A stretch of 64,000 bases of DNA. Source: Auanema rhodensis (lineage: Eukaryota > Animalia > Nematoda). Under the pieces are notes generated by a model. It was given only the letters and a program-made list of their open reading frames with translations. It did not search any database and had not been told where the DNA came from. Below are positions 26,418-38,211 of the stretch, one piece after another. The translations under genes were made by a program, and so were the position numbers. Positions within the stretch are counted from its first letter, which is position 1, and the number at the start of each line of letters is the position of its first letter. Location of the stretch: contig OZ059897.1 in the NCBI GenBank assembly GCA_964057225.1, positions 12,276,001 through 12,340,000 on the forward strand, in the 5' to 3' direction.

Positions 26418-27823
26418 TTATAGGAAGAAACGTCTTCTGCTAGTCTCCATTTCATGTCTCTGCAATTTATTTGATTTCTACAAAATGTAATCGTAAAACA
26501 TACCTTAAGAACCCATTCAAATTCTCCCCATCTAGTATCGAAAGTTCCTTTTTGAAGCCATTTTAAACGTAATGTAAATCGTGGACCTAACTCCAATAGA
26601 GCAGCTTTAGACCCTTCTTTTTTGAATTCATATCTAAATCATAATATAAATCCTCAAAGAGAAATTAAAAATACCTATGATGTCGGAAAAACACATAATC
26701 ACGCTGATTATGGAATGAAACAACACGCCTTCCTTTGAAATTTGGATCATGTGGGAAAAGGCAAGCAAGCATGCGAGCAATTCTGATATTGCACGATATA
26801 TTAAATATGTATGTAAATGCACTTACGTATGACCTAAGCGAGTATTAAAATTATTGAGTATAACTTCTGGGAAATGGGAGGTAGATTCACCAGTTCTCTG
26901 AAAATTTTAATAAATTTATTATACGGAATTTACCGTTATTATAATCAGACCTTAATATCTTTAGTGAAAGTTAAGCTGTTTATTTTGAAATAAGCTGTGG
27001 GTCCCTCAGGCAAGTGACATAAAATTATTCCATCTGTAAATTTTAAAAAATTAATTTTTAATCTGAAAATGTAAATCGAACTTGGCACTTTATTATCTTC
27101 ATGGACAACCACCAAATCAGTATACTCTTTCGCGATAGCTTGCTTGACCACCTAAAAGCAATATCGGGAAATATATAAAAAATAAATTTATATACCCTTT
27201 TTAAAGGAACGCCTTTTCTTGAAAAAATTTCAGCGTCAGGTATGCATTTCTGCAGTTCAAAACAAAATTTCCATGTAACATTTTTTGCATAAGGTGACAT
27301 GGTGATTAGTACTTTAGGAGTAGTATCCCTATTGAAATAGGAAGAGAATTCATCGTGAGCTTCATCATGTTCAACCTGTATTGCATAATTAATTCATGTT
27401 CAATATAATTTTAACCTCATCATCTTCTTCAGCAACCATAGTTTCATCATACTCCCTGGTACTCTCAATGGTTTTTGGAACTTCTTTTTCAGGAGCTTCG
27501 TCACCAAGTTGTTCTCTCAATTTAGCTCTTTCCTTTTGTCTAGTTTTTTTATCCTGAAGTTTAAGATTGTATTAGAAAAAAAAAAGATTTACCCACCTTT
27601 TTCAAAGCTTTACGAAGTGCTTTTCCACGTTCATTTTTTTGCAAATGCATGAAGTCATCTTTACGAACTGTTGGCTGAAAATAATAATTATCTTAATAAA
27701 AATAAATTTGAAGCATACATTTGCTTTGACTGCATCGTATTTCTTCTTCAAATCTTCCTTGTCTGCTTTTGTTAAAGAACAACCTGGATCTTCTTCATTT
27801 TTGACCTTTTTCTTGGGTGGCAT
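26418..27823 (-). CDS. RPF1: Ribosome production factor 1 (Brix domain)
   Basis: [56 protein letters not shown], ending [10 protein letters not shown]. Confidence 0.93.
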
Positions 27824-28076
27824 TTTCTTCAAAAAATAGAGAATTAAAATTATAATACGAAGCACATCAAATAAAAAATATGGTCGTGTGAATTAACACG
27901 TGATAACTTTAAAACAAATCATAATAAATTAATGTATTAATAAAACGGAAATATTTATGAGAAAAAGTAGTGCATATACACGATTTTGAAAACAATCACA
28001 TTCTCTGGCAATTTTGAGCAAAACGCAAGGGAATCACAAGGTAAAAATGTACAAGATACCCGCAGCTATACTTCGT

Positions 28077-29504
28077 TTAAATAGAATCTTCGTCGTGTTC
28101 GGTATGAGATCCAGCTGTTTTAGAAGGAGGTTGCAATTTAAACACCGCCAACTCTGTTTTGGCAGCAACTCGTTTGCATCCGGAACTAGAAAATACAGGC
28201 TTGTCCGCAGGAAAATACTGAAAGTTTTGATTATTTTCTATATTAATAGCATGCGTTACCTGTAGAGAGTTTGCAACTTGATTTACAATCTGAGGATCTT
28301 TTATTAACTCTTCAGCTTTTTTAGGAAATCGAGAACGTAAAAATTGATGAATACATAAAACAACATGTCTTCTTTCCAAAGGTAAAAAAGGAACGTAATG
28401 ATCAATTAACTGGTTCTTTATAATATCTGTGCGTTTCATACCACCTGAATATTATGATGACTTGTTTATATATATATACAAATATAATATTTACCATCTT
28501 CCAAGAACGCCTTATTCATTAGCAATCGTTCAAAATCATCTAAAGCCAGTGTACTACGATCTTTCCCATTGCGATGGTGCGATAGAGTAGTAGTTGCAAT
28601 TTCATCGCCTCCTCTATTGCTAAAAAAAAAGATTACGGTGAGAATAAGTACAACTTTCACCTCAACAAAATAAAAATACTTCTTCTGAAATCTACACCTC
28701 TTACATCATCATAATAATCCATGAATGGTTTTAAAGTCTCTGAATATACATCATTATAAAAAGCATGAACAAATATAATACCAAGAAGACGATCAGGCAT
28801 TTTATCAACTTCATCAAATATGAAAATTGATCGACCACATTTTTTTCCAGCAGCTAACAGTTCATTTCTCAAGACATCCTAATATAATAACAAATATGAA
28901 AAAATAAATTGAAACATACTTGGTAATGCGAGACCCTGCTTTTGTCAGGAAAGTCGGAAGTTGCAACAAAGTTATATATAAATCCACTATCTAAACCTTT
29001 CCTAAATAAAACAATTCTAAAACAAGTACTTAAGTTTATCAAGTTACTTGTATAAGTTTTCGGCAATTATCCGAGAGACATAGTTTTTACCACAGCCTGT
29101 TGGACCCAGAAAAGCTAGCGCAAGTGCTTTAACAGGTTCGGGGTTTTTCCAGTGAGCTACTATAGAATTCCAGAGATCTATCTGAACTAAATGCTGACCA
29201 AAAACATGATCCCGTAAATCAGTTCTCATTTCTGCATAACTTAAATTATTTGTATTGATGCATCAAAAATCATACTTTCAAAATTCGGAGTTAGATAATT
29301 ATCTGTACAGCATTCATAAATCTTACATCTAATTTTATCTTGATGACTCCAAAACCCCACTCCTCCTAATACAGCTGCTATACCTACAAGATAACAATAG
29401 AAACATGATTTAACATTATTATATGTACCAGCTACTACTGAAAAAATTTCAGCGTGTACATACAAGGTGAAACAGCATATACCGAGTATAGGACGTATCA
29501 ACAT
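28077..29504 (-). CDS. Torsin family ER AAA+ ATPase
   Basis: Signal peptide, VFGQHL, Walker A GPTGCGKN, FIFDEVDKM, IDHYVPFLPLER, FSSSGCK. Confidence 0.93.
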
Positions 29505-29682
29505 TGTCCTAGAAAAAAAAGAAGGAAATATTGCACATTGAAAATTGAATAGACTAGTTATTTATGGAATAAACCCATAATTACATGCTACTGATAGATA
29601 TTAAAAAATAATAAGGCATTTTTGCTGATATACACATACAACGAGGTGATGGATTATTCGGTGACATAGTTAATAAAACGAG

Positions 29683-30153
29683 TTAATCACAAGCTAAACG
29701 TTGAGCAAGTGGTAAAAAGTCTAAAGCCCGTAGTAAAGCAGATCTTTGTCCAGGCTCCTTATCCCATTCCCAGATCATGAGATTGGATCTGTCCGATATT
29801 ATATCGTATTTAGGAGCAGATGAAACTCCTTTATTAAAATAACATGAGCACGAAGACGTAAGCTAATCAAACCTTTTTTGCGATTTTCTTTTAAGATATA
29901 TAAATTGAAACCTTCAGGCATTGGGATAACTTTACCATTTAAACCACGACCTCTCAACGAAGCTTTACAAATATCAGCATCATATTTAAAATATCTAAAA
30001 CATTATAAAGAATAAAATATTTAACTTGCGATACTAATACCCGTCAATGTCTGCAGGTCCCGTGTAATCGAATTTACAGGGTATTGAATGAAGAGAACTG
30101 TTATTTTGTTCGGAAACGGTAGCAATTTTACAGGAAATGGACTCAGAGCTCAT
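29683..30153 (-). CDS. RNASEH2C: Ribonuclease H2 subunit C
   Basis: LHSIPCKFDYTGPADIDGYF..ASLRGRGLNG..PEGF..IWEWDKEP..ALDFLPLAQRL. Confidence 0.85.
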
Positions 30154-30998
30154 CACTGAAACAAACAATTAATTAAGAAATAACGAAATAGGGAAATAAG
30201 AAACACGATAAGAAAACAAGTAATAAACCTATCAATAAATCCTAATTTTAACAATATAGTCAAATTCTCCGCTAAATTTAAGGAATTATCCCATTCCGAA
30301 CAATCTACGTTAAGCTGCTTACGAAAAGTACCAAGATTGATGCCACTAGGGAAATCGAGAGGATTTCTCCAATCTACACATAAGGTTACTACGTGCTTTT
30401 CCCCGTTGGTCTAAAATAAGTTATGCTCTTAACTTCTCAAGAACATATAACCTCTATCTCGATTTTAACTACGAAGCAATCACTATTATCATCATCCAAA
30501 CTGTATCCCAATAGTTTACAGCCTGATATTGACTCAATTTCATTAATGAATCCGATACAATCATCGATATCGTTACAATATTTCTTGTAATCTTCAACGA
30601 TTGTTGTCAGCGAACACTAATAAAGCCAGAAATTGTTAAAGAGGAAATAGGTGCAAACCTCTGAGTTATGAGCCCAGTTAACGTAAAATCCAGATTGAAA
30701 AGCACATTTGAATATTGGAGCTTCAACGGGAAATTTTTCAGAGGGTCGAAAAGAGATCCAATATTCTCCATTTCTATACTATTAAATGCATTTTCTTTTT
30801 CAGCAGTCAAAACCTCAAGTCAAAATGAACCGCTGGTGATAATGGATTTTCGATATCCAAATGATCTTGAGGTAGTGAATACACTTGTTGAAGCCATGAC
30901 CAAATAAAAGATGACAACTTAAGTTCACGCTGTTTTTTCACATTTCCTTGGTATAAATAACACCAAGCAGGGTCGGATAATGGTAAGCCAGTATGCAT
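30153..30998 (-). CDS. FANCL-like double-RWD (UBC-like) protein lacking the RING; both ends uncertain
   Basis: Spliced: GEYWISFRPSEKFPVEAPIF..VNWAHNSE|CSLTTIVEDYKKY..FINEIE..|VTLCVDWRNPLDFP..WDNSLNLAENL. This parallels recalled FANCL YPAESP/WTPQSSL/VDPRHP..P/WDPENSVLQNL. Confidence 0.6.
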
Positions 30999-31152
30999 CC
31001 ACAAAAAAGAACGGATAAGACAATAAATAATAACCAAAGATATAAAAGGTGAGTAACCTTTCCAATGATAGTTGAAAGAATAAAATAAGTTGATAATTTC
31101 AAAATTTTCAACAAAAACGAATAACAACAACGTCAACAACAGTACATAACAG

Positions 31153-32739
31153 TTATAAAATTAATTTGTTCATGTTACTAAATCCTATTCCCATAACGGT
31201 CACGAGCGCTTTTTCTTTGCTTCCCATGGCCAATTCATTCTAAATTAATTGAGGATTAAGAAGTAATATAATTATAGCTAATTACTTCAGTCTCTTTGCA
31301 TACTTTGCTCCATTCATCTATCTTAAATTGGATTTCAAAAAACTGTTTTAAATGTCTTAAACAATTTACGCTGTAAAATATATATGTATTAAACTTATAA
31401 TATAAAAAGGTATCATACCTGTACATGGAGAAAGGGCCGAACAAATACTTTGAAACATCTTTTTGACCAACAGTCATAAATGTAGATGCTAAAGCTTGCG
31501 CTGAACCATCTAATGCACCACCCTGAATGACACTTTTTGAAAAATTCAACCCCTAAAAACTAACTCGATAAATTTCTGTTAATAGTGCTTCAGCTGCCTG
31601 AATTCCAACATCTTCGGCTACAATGGGATCACCAGCTTCACCCTAAAATCATAAAAAAGCTGATATTATACAAACTTTCAAAAAACCTTTGGCCGAGAAA
31701 GAGCTTCACCATGGTAGAACACACCCTCGGTTGTCTCGGCCGTGAGGAATAATCCGTAACCTGGTGAACTTAATGAACAATACATTAACTATTTAGTATT
31801 TTGAAAAAAACTAGTACTTTCCAGCAACATCTCCCTTTCGATGATCAACAGTTATATAAACATCAGAAATATATCCACTAAGTTTTTTTTTTGCTGCATC
31901 AATCATTCGATATGCTAAGGAAGGTGTCACTTTAGTGACGTAGGCGTGTCCTCTGATTTTACAAACTTTACCAGGTTTTTCTCTCTACAAAATTTAATAA
32001 ACAAACATTAAAGTATAAAACGCCTACCTTAACAGGCCTCAATGTTTTAACAATAGGAGCTGTGAAAATTACGCTCCCCCCTCCAGCAGGCTTAAGACCA
32101 CGAGCATTAATCTAAGATCAGGCATGGTAAAAAAATAGAAGAAAATAGAAGAAGCTTTACCTTTAAATCAAGTTTCTCATCATTCAAAACAAATTTATTA
32201 TAAACAGGAAGCCAAGTTGATTTCAGTGCATCAACCGATAATTCCCCAGGAGCATTGGTTACTCCTTAGAAATAAATAATAAAAAATTAAAGGAAAAATG
32301 ACATACCTTTTAATTTAATAGTCATAGGATTCTTACAAAACGGTGAAATCATAATTAATGGTTCCAAGAAATACGATAGACACCTTTCAGAACCACAGTC
32401 CATTGTGATAACTCCACCAATAATTATACCTGGCTTGAATCTTACCATTGTTCCTAGATAACACCAGAATATTACAATATCATACGGAAACTACCTGTAG
32501 CACTAATTTCTATTCTAGTTCCATTTGTTATTTTGTCCATCAGGTTTAAAAGTTTAGTTTCAAAATCTATATCATAGACTATATAATTTCAAAATGAAAT
32601 AACTACAAATACCTTTGATTCCTGGAGCATCATCATCTTTACGTATGTTACGAATTGTTATTCTTCTACCACTAAGAACAGAATAACAAATTCTCAAACG
32701 AAAAAAATTACATCCTTGGAATATTAGTTCTTCACTCAT
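31153..32739 (-). CDS. RCL1: RNA 3'-terminal phosphate cyclase-like protein
   Basis: FQGCNFFRLR..LSGRRITIRNIRKDDDAPG, RGLKPAGGG, SPGYGLFLTAET, ending GIGFSNMNK. Confidence 0.95.
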
Positions 32740-33520
32740 CGCATTGACTTAAATAGTATAAAATTATTAACTTTAAGTTTTAAACAATATAATAAGACTG
32801 CTTCACATTCAAGAAACATTTTTAACATAAGTGTACGGTAGTTCGCTAGAGCACGCTTCCATCCTATCTGTCGGGTAGCATACTTTTCTAATGAAATAAA
32901 CGTAAAATTTTTTTTCACCTGATATTTAAAATAATTTGATAGGAAGGGAACTTTGGTGTAATTCATTATTTATCAAAATAGTTGGTATGTATTTTCTTTT
33001 CAGATTTATTGATAATTCTGTAATGAGAAGATCAATCAACCCGCTTGTTTTGTGTCAAATGTTATTTTTAATTTTGGGTGAAGTATCAATATAGCTTCAT
33101 ATTTTTCTCAGATTATCCTTCGAATGAAGCAGCTTACTATATGTTACTATTCTAAAGAATATGAAAAACGGCTCCATTAATATTAATATAAGAACGAGAA
33201 CATCTTTAGTCCTAAGTTTGTCCATCGTTAAATGATATTCGTTACACGGGGAGGTGAAATAATCGTTCGTATTATGCCCCATAGCATTCTGGACGACTGA
33301 AGAAATTCATGTTCCGAACGAAGGTGATGGGCGACCACCCCAGTGGATTGGTTTGCTGGCCATAGCCCAGTCTCCTCCCATTCGTTCTAATCGCCTCCAC
33401 CTTTCGTTTCCCTACGTTTCCCTTCGTCTTCATCAACATCTTCGTCTGCTCTCCCCTGTCTTTCTCCATATTTTATTAATCTTTTTGCTTCTATCACTTT
33501 TATTCAAGTTAAAGAGCACC

Positions 33521-35611
33521 ATGGCAAACCATGGACCCAGTTATGGATTAAGCAGAGAGTTGGAGAAAAAGGTAATTCTATTTTTTTCGTATCATTTTTA
33601 GTGTTGTAAAAAGTACTGTCATTCAATCACATAATACCATATTAAGATATTTTTATTTTAATTTAAAGAATTCTGTTGGGTTTTTTTCAAATAATATAGT
33701 AAACTTGCTTGAAATCCTGAAAAACTAAATCTAAATTTGGAATTTTTACAATGCTTTTTTCCCTTCTTTAAGTCTAAGCTTTAACTCAAATACGTGAAAC
33801 ACTGAGATTTTTTCGAAACAAACATTAACATGTATTTTGAGGTCTCTTCGTTCCCTTTTTACATCAGGCGTTTCTGAAACTTACTTCATCGATGAATCGA
33901 TTCAGATAATAAGAGAAATACTTAATATTCTTTATATTTCTTGAAATCGGATCGTATTGTTCATGATGTTAAAAAATCCAAGCAACTTGTTCTGCTTTTC
34001 TGGCAATGATAATCAGATAAAATGGAAAAAAGTTTGATATACATGCATTCCGAAACATTTTTAATCTATGAATATTCTTTATTGTTTTGAAATAAATAAG
34101 ATCAAATGGCAAAAATTCCATCTGTGAAGAAGAAGGGGAGATTTTGGATATGATGTCGCATAGTATGTGTCATATAACCAGCGACTATAATATGACGATG
34201 ATAGTCATCGTCAACTTCTTTCATATGCGGCTCGATTATACTTTCGCTACCAATTTTCATCTCTTCAATCCGTTCTTTCTCTCTTGTTTTCTCCTCCATT
34301 CTCTCTCTCTTGATTTCTCGTGATCTTCACATTCCCTCATATCTGAGTCGTCCTGGATTGGAACATCTTTCTTATTTCTATTTACGGTAGCATTCGCGTG
34401 CTTGCCAAGGCCATTTAGGACTTGTACGGAAAATTTCCTACAGTTCTGGAGAGGGGGATTAACTGAAACAAATTAGCTGGGTCATATTCGGCTGCATATT
34501 GATGGATAATCAATGGATCAAGTTTACTAAATCCGGAAAAGTTATTATTTCACATAGTAACTATGGTTTAAGATGAACGATAATGAAACATTGTTGTTGT
34601 AATTGCCGTTGACATCAAGTATTTGGGTCGGAGATGAAAATTGTTTCAAGATCTGTATTGATTCACCAAGATAATCTTAATATGGTTTCTTATTATGAAT
34701 AATGATTTGTATGACTATCAATCATGTCTGTTGTTGGTAACGAATGACATCCGGGATACGAATTTGATCTATTAGTGCAATTTCCTTTAGTTTCGATAAT
34801 TCATTTGGAGTATTTTTTCATGACGGTGATTTTTTCCAGAACAACGCTCGTTTCAATCTCGAGGAAGCAGTTGAAGTTTTGCTCTGGGTCGAACAAGTAT
34901 CTCAATTACCTTATCAAGGTGATCCAACAGCTTGTCAGTCAGCCCAAGAAGTAGCCGATTTGTTGAAGGATGGTGTACATCTTTGCAAGTATGTATTTAA
35001 TGTATTTGTTGTATATAATTGTTTTTTTACATTAGAGTTATAAATCGTCTTATGGGAGAAGGAACTCGAGTGCCATTTAATGCACGTCCTAAAATGCCGT
35101 TTCATATGGTATTTATAATAATTAAAAAATACATAAATATATATATACACATTTTTAGATGGAAAACATAAGTAACTTCTTGGAAGCTTGTAAAGCGTAC
35201 GGAGTCGCAGAAATCAGTTGTTTCCAAACTGTTGATCTATATGAAAACAAGCAATGCTATAAAGTCATCGAGTGTCTTCGTTCTTTAGCTGCTGTAGTAA
35301 GTGTTTACATATTTATTCATTGTGACCATTCTTAAAAATTTTGAATGTATACCTTAAGGCCCAAGCACGTGATGCTCCTGTCAACTTTCCACCATGGGTA
35401 GTTCGTATTTCGCAAGGAAGACCAAGACAATTTCCCGAATCAGTAATGAGAAGAGGAGAGATGGTTATTCCACTACAAGTATATTATTATCATTTAAAAA
35501 ATATAATATATTCATTTAAACTTACAGTATGGAACCAACAAGTGTGCCAGTCAGAAAGGAATGACTCCTTATGGTTTAGCCCGACAGATAAAACCAGACA
35601 CATCGTGCTGA
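33521..35611 (+). CDS. Transgelin/calponin-like protein (CH domain plus one calponin repeat)
   Basis: MANHGPSYGLSRE, LKDGVHLC, MENISNFL..FQTVDLYE, IPLQYGTNKCASQKGMTPYGLARQI. Confidence 0.93.
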
Positions 35612-36022
35612 CAGGATCAGAAGATTTCTCTTTTAAGAATATCATCAAATCTCATCTAACGAAAAAAGTTTTATTTCTGAGCAATCACTTACTTCATTAA
35701 TTGAAAAAAACTTTGTATTGTATTAAATAAAGTCTTAGCTAAATAAAAACTAATATAATTCACTGAAGTATCAATGATCGAGCGATGTGATAAACGATAC
35801 TGAAATTAAGTTGAAAATGAAACGTTACCATGTTTATCTTTGCCGCAAGGCAAAGAGTGCGAAACGGGCAGTGTTTGAGATGCAAAAAACGAAATGGAAA
35901 AAGCCAACTAAATTTCAGGCAAGTACCGGATATGAGCAAATAGTTTGGTACAACAGAAAGTACTATAAAACGAGATCTTTTTGGCAGAATTAGCATCCAA
36001 CCAAGCTTCACTCAATTTCAAC

Positions 36023-36349
36023 ATGTTCGCCAAGATGTGAGATTTTCATATTTTCAGTTAATTTTCAATAAAAATAATTTTTAGTGCTCTCTTCACTGCC
36101 TTCGCCGCTGTCCTCGTCATGAACTCCGAAGCCTATTACGTAGCAGCTCCAGCTTATGCTGCTGCTCCAGCTTATGCTGCTGCCTATCCATCCGCTTATG
36201 CCGCTGCCTATTCACCATACTACTATGGAGCTTACACCGGATATGCTGCTGCTTACCCAAGTTTCTGGGGATATGGAAGCAACAAGAACGGAGATGCCAA
36301 GGATTCCGCCAAGCCAAACATGGGAGCTTCTCTTACCAACAATCAGTAA
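36023..36349 (+). CDS. Small secreted Tyr/Ala-rich protein, copy A
   Basis: TATAAAA upstream; MFAKI|ALFTAFAAVLVMNSEA signal peptide, AYAAA repeats, tail GYGSNK..LTNNQ*. Intron 36037-36084; AATAAA downstream. Confidence 0.88.
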
Positions 36350-37300
36350 TGAACTCATTGAATACTTGTATATATCGAATACAACACGAAAATAAATGAC
36401 TTTTTTAATTTTCTGTTTCAATTTTATTAAAACTGATGTTATTACAATGGGATTTATTCAAAAGATCTTGATAATTTCACATTTATTCAAGATCTGAAAG
36501 TATTATATAAAATATATATATATATATATATATATAATATAACTTTCAGATTAAATATACGTATATATATATAGAAGAAAAAGAAAAAATACATATATTA
36601 AAACAAGTGAAAATAGAGAATAGACCAATTCTCTTTATACAATGTAATAACAAAATTAAATGAACTTTTGTGTTGTACATGTTTAGTCTTGAACAAAAGT
36701 CAAAAGTTTTACAAAAAACTATTTGTGATAAGAATTTATAAAATTTTAAACATAAACTATAACAACGTTATTAATCAAATATTTCTTCTGTTTTTTGTCG
36801 TTGATTAATTACAGATAATTATTACATTTGCAAAAATAAACTTTAATATTATATTTTCCCAACCTAATATTAATTAAGTTTAATAAAATTGTAGTTTTTG
36901 ATTTGAAAAAATAAATTCTTATCACAAATAGTTTTTTGTAAAACTTTTGACTTTTGTTCAAGACTAAACATGTACAACACAAAAGTTCATTTAATTTTGT
37001 TATTACATTGTATAAAGAGAATTGGTCTATTCTCTATTTTCACTTGTTTTAATATATGTATTTTTTCTTTTTCTTCTATATATATATACGTATATTTAAT
37101 CTGAAAGTTATATTATATATATATATATATATATATATTTTATATAATACTTTCAGATCTTGAATAAATGTGAAATTATCAAGATATTTTGAATAAATCC
37201 CATTGTAATAACATCAGTTTTAATAAAATTGAAACAGAAAATTAAAAAAGTCATTTATTTTCGTGTTGTATTCGATATATACAAGTATTCAATGAGTTCA

Positions 37301-37627
37301 TTACTGATTGTTGGTAAGAGAAGCTCCCATGTTTGGCTTGGCGGAATCCTTGGCATCTCCGTTCTTGTTGCTTCCATATCCCCAGAAACTTGGGTAAGCA
37401 GCAGCATATCCGGTGTAAGCTCCATAGTAGTATGGTGAATAGGCAGCGGCATAAGCGGATGGATAGGCAGCAGCATAAGCTGGAGCAGCAGCATAAGCTG
37501 GAGCTGCTACGTAATAGGCTTCGGAGTTCATGACGAGGACAGCGGCGAAGGCAGTGAAGAGAGCACTAAAAATTATTTTTATTGAAAATTAACTGAAAAT
37601 ATGAAAATCTCACATCTTGGCGAACAT
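37301..37627 (-). CDS. Small secreted Tyr/Ala-rich protein, copy B (identical, convergent)
   Basis: Mirror image of 36023-36349. Confidence 0.88.
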
Positions 37628-38211
37628 GTTGAAATTGAGTGAAGCTTGGTTGGATGCTAATTCTGCCAAAAAGATCTCGTTTTATAGTACTTTCTGTTGT
37701 ACCAAACTATTTGCTCATATCCGGTACTTGCCTGAAATTTAGTTGGCTTTTTCCATTTCGTTTTTTGCATCTCAAACACTGCCCGTTTCGCACTCTTTGC
37801 CTTGCGGCAAAGATAAATACAGAGATGGAAACTCGAAAGACATCCCAAATATTATAAAAAACTTTTGATAGTCTGAAGTAACGTGTCAAGTATGTTGTTT
37901 CTTAGTATATTTTATATGTTTTCTTATAGATTTCTTTAAGCTGTTATATCTCAAATATCTGTTTTCTTATATTAATACAAACATGCACATATATCGATAT
38001 TTTAAAAATTTCTTATTCAAATTATACTCACTTAAATGAAATACAAAATTTCAATGCGTCATACATACACGTAGAGATACAAAAGTTATTATTTTGACTT
38101 TCTGAAGAAAAAAAAAACTGCATCAAAGTGAGTTAGGGAAAGAACTAGATCACAGATGATGAAATCATTAATAGCTGAATTTGGAGAAGCATAAACCTTT
38201 ATGAGATATAT

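Larger units (their letters stand above)
35833..37817. repeat. Long inverted repeat (palindrome): 907-bp arms at 35833-36739 and 36911-37817, 171-bp spacer
   Basis: The arms are reverse complements with one substitution noticed (AAAAGATCTTG vs AAAATATCTTG). Mirror ORFs appear in the ORF track. Confidence 0.95.
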
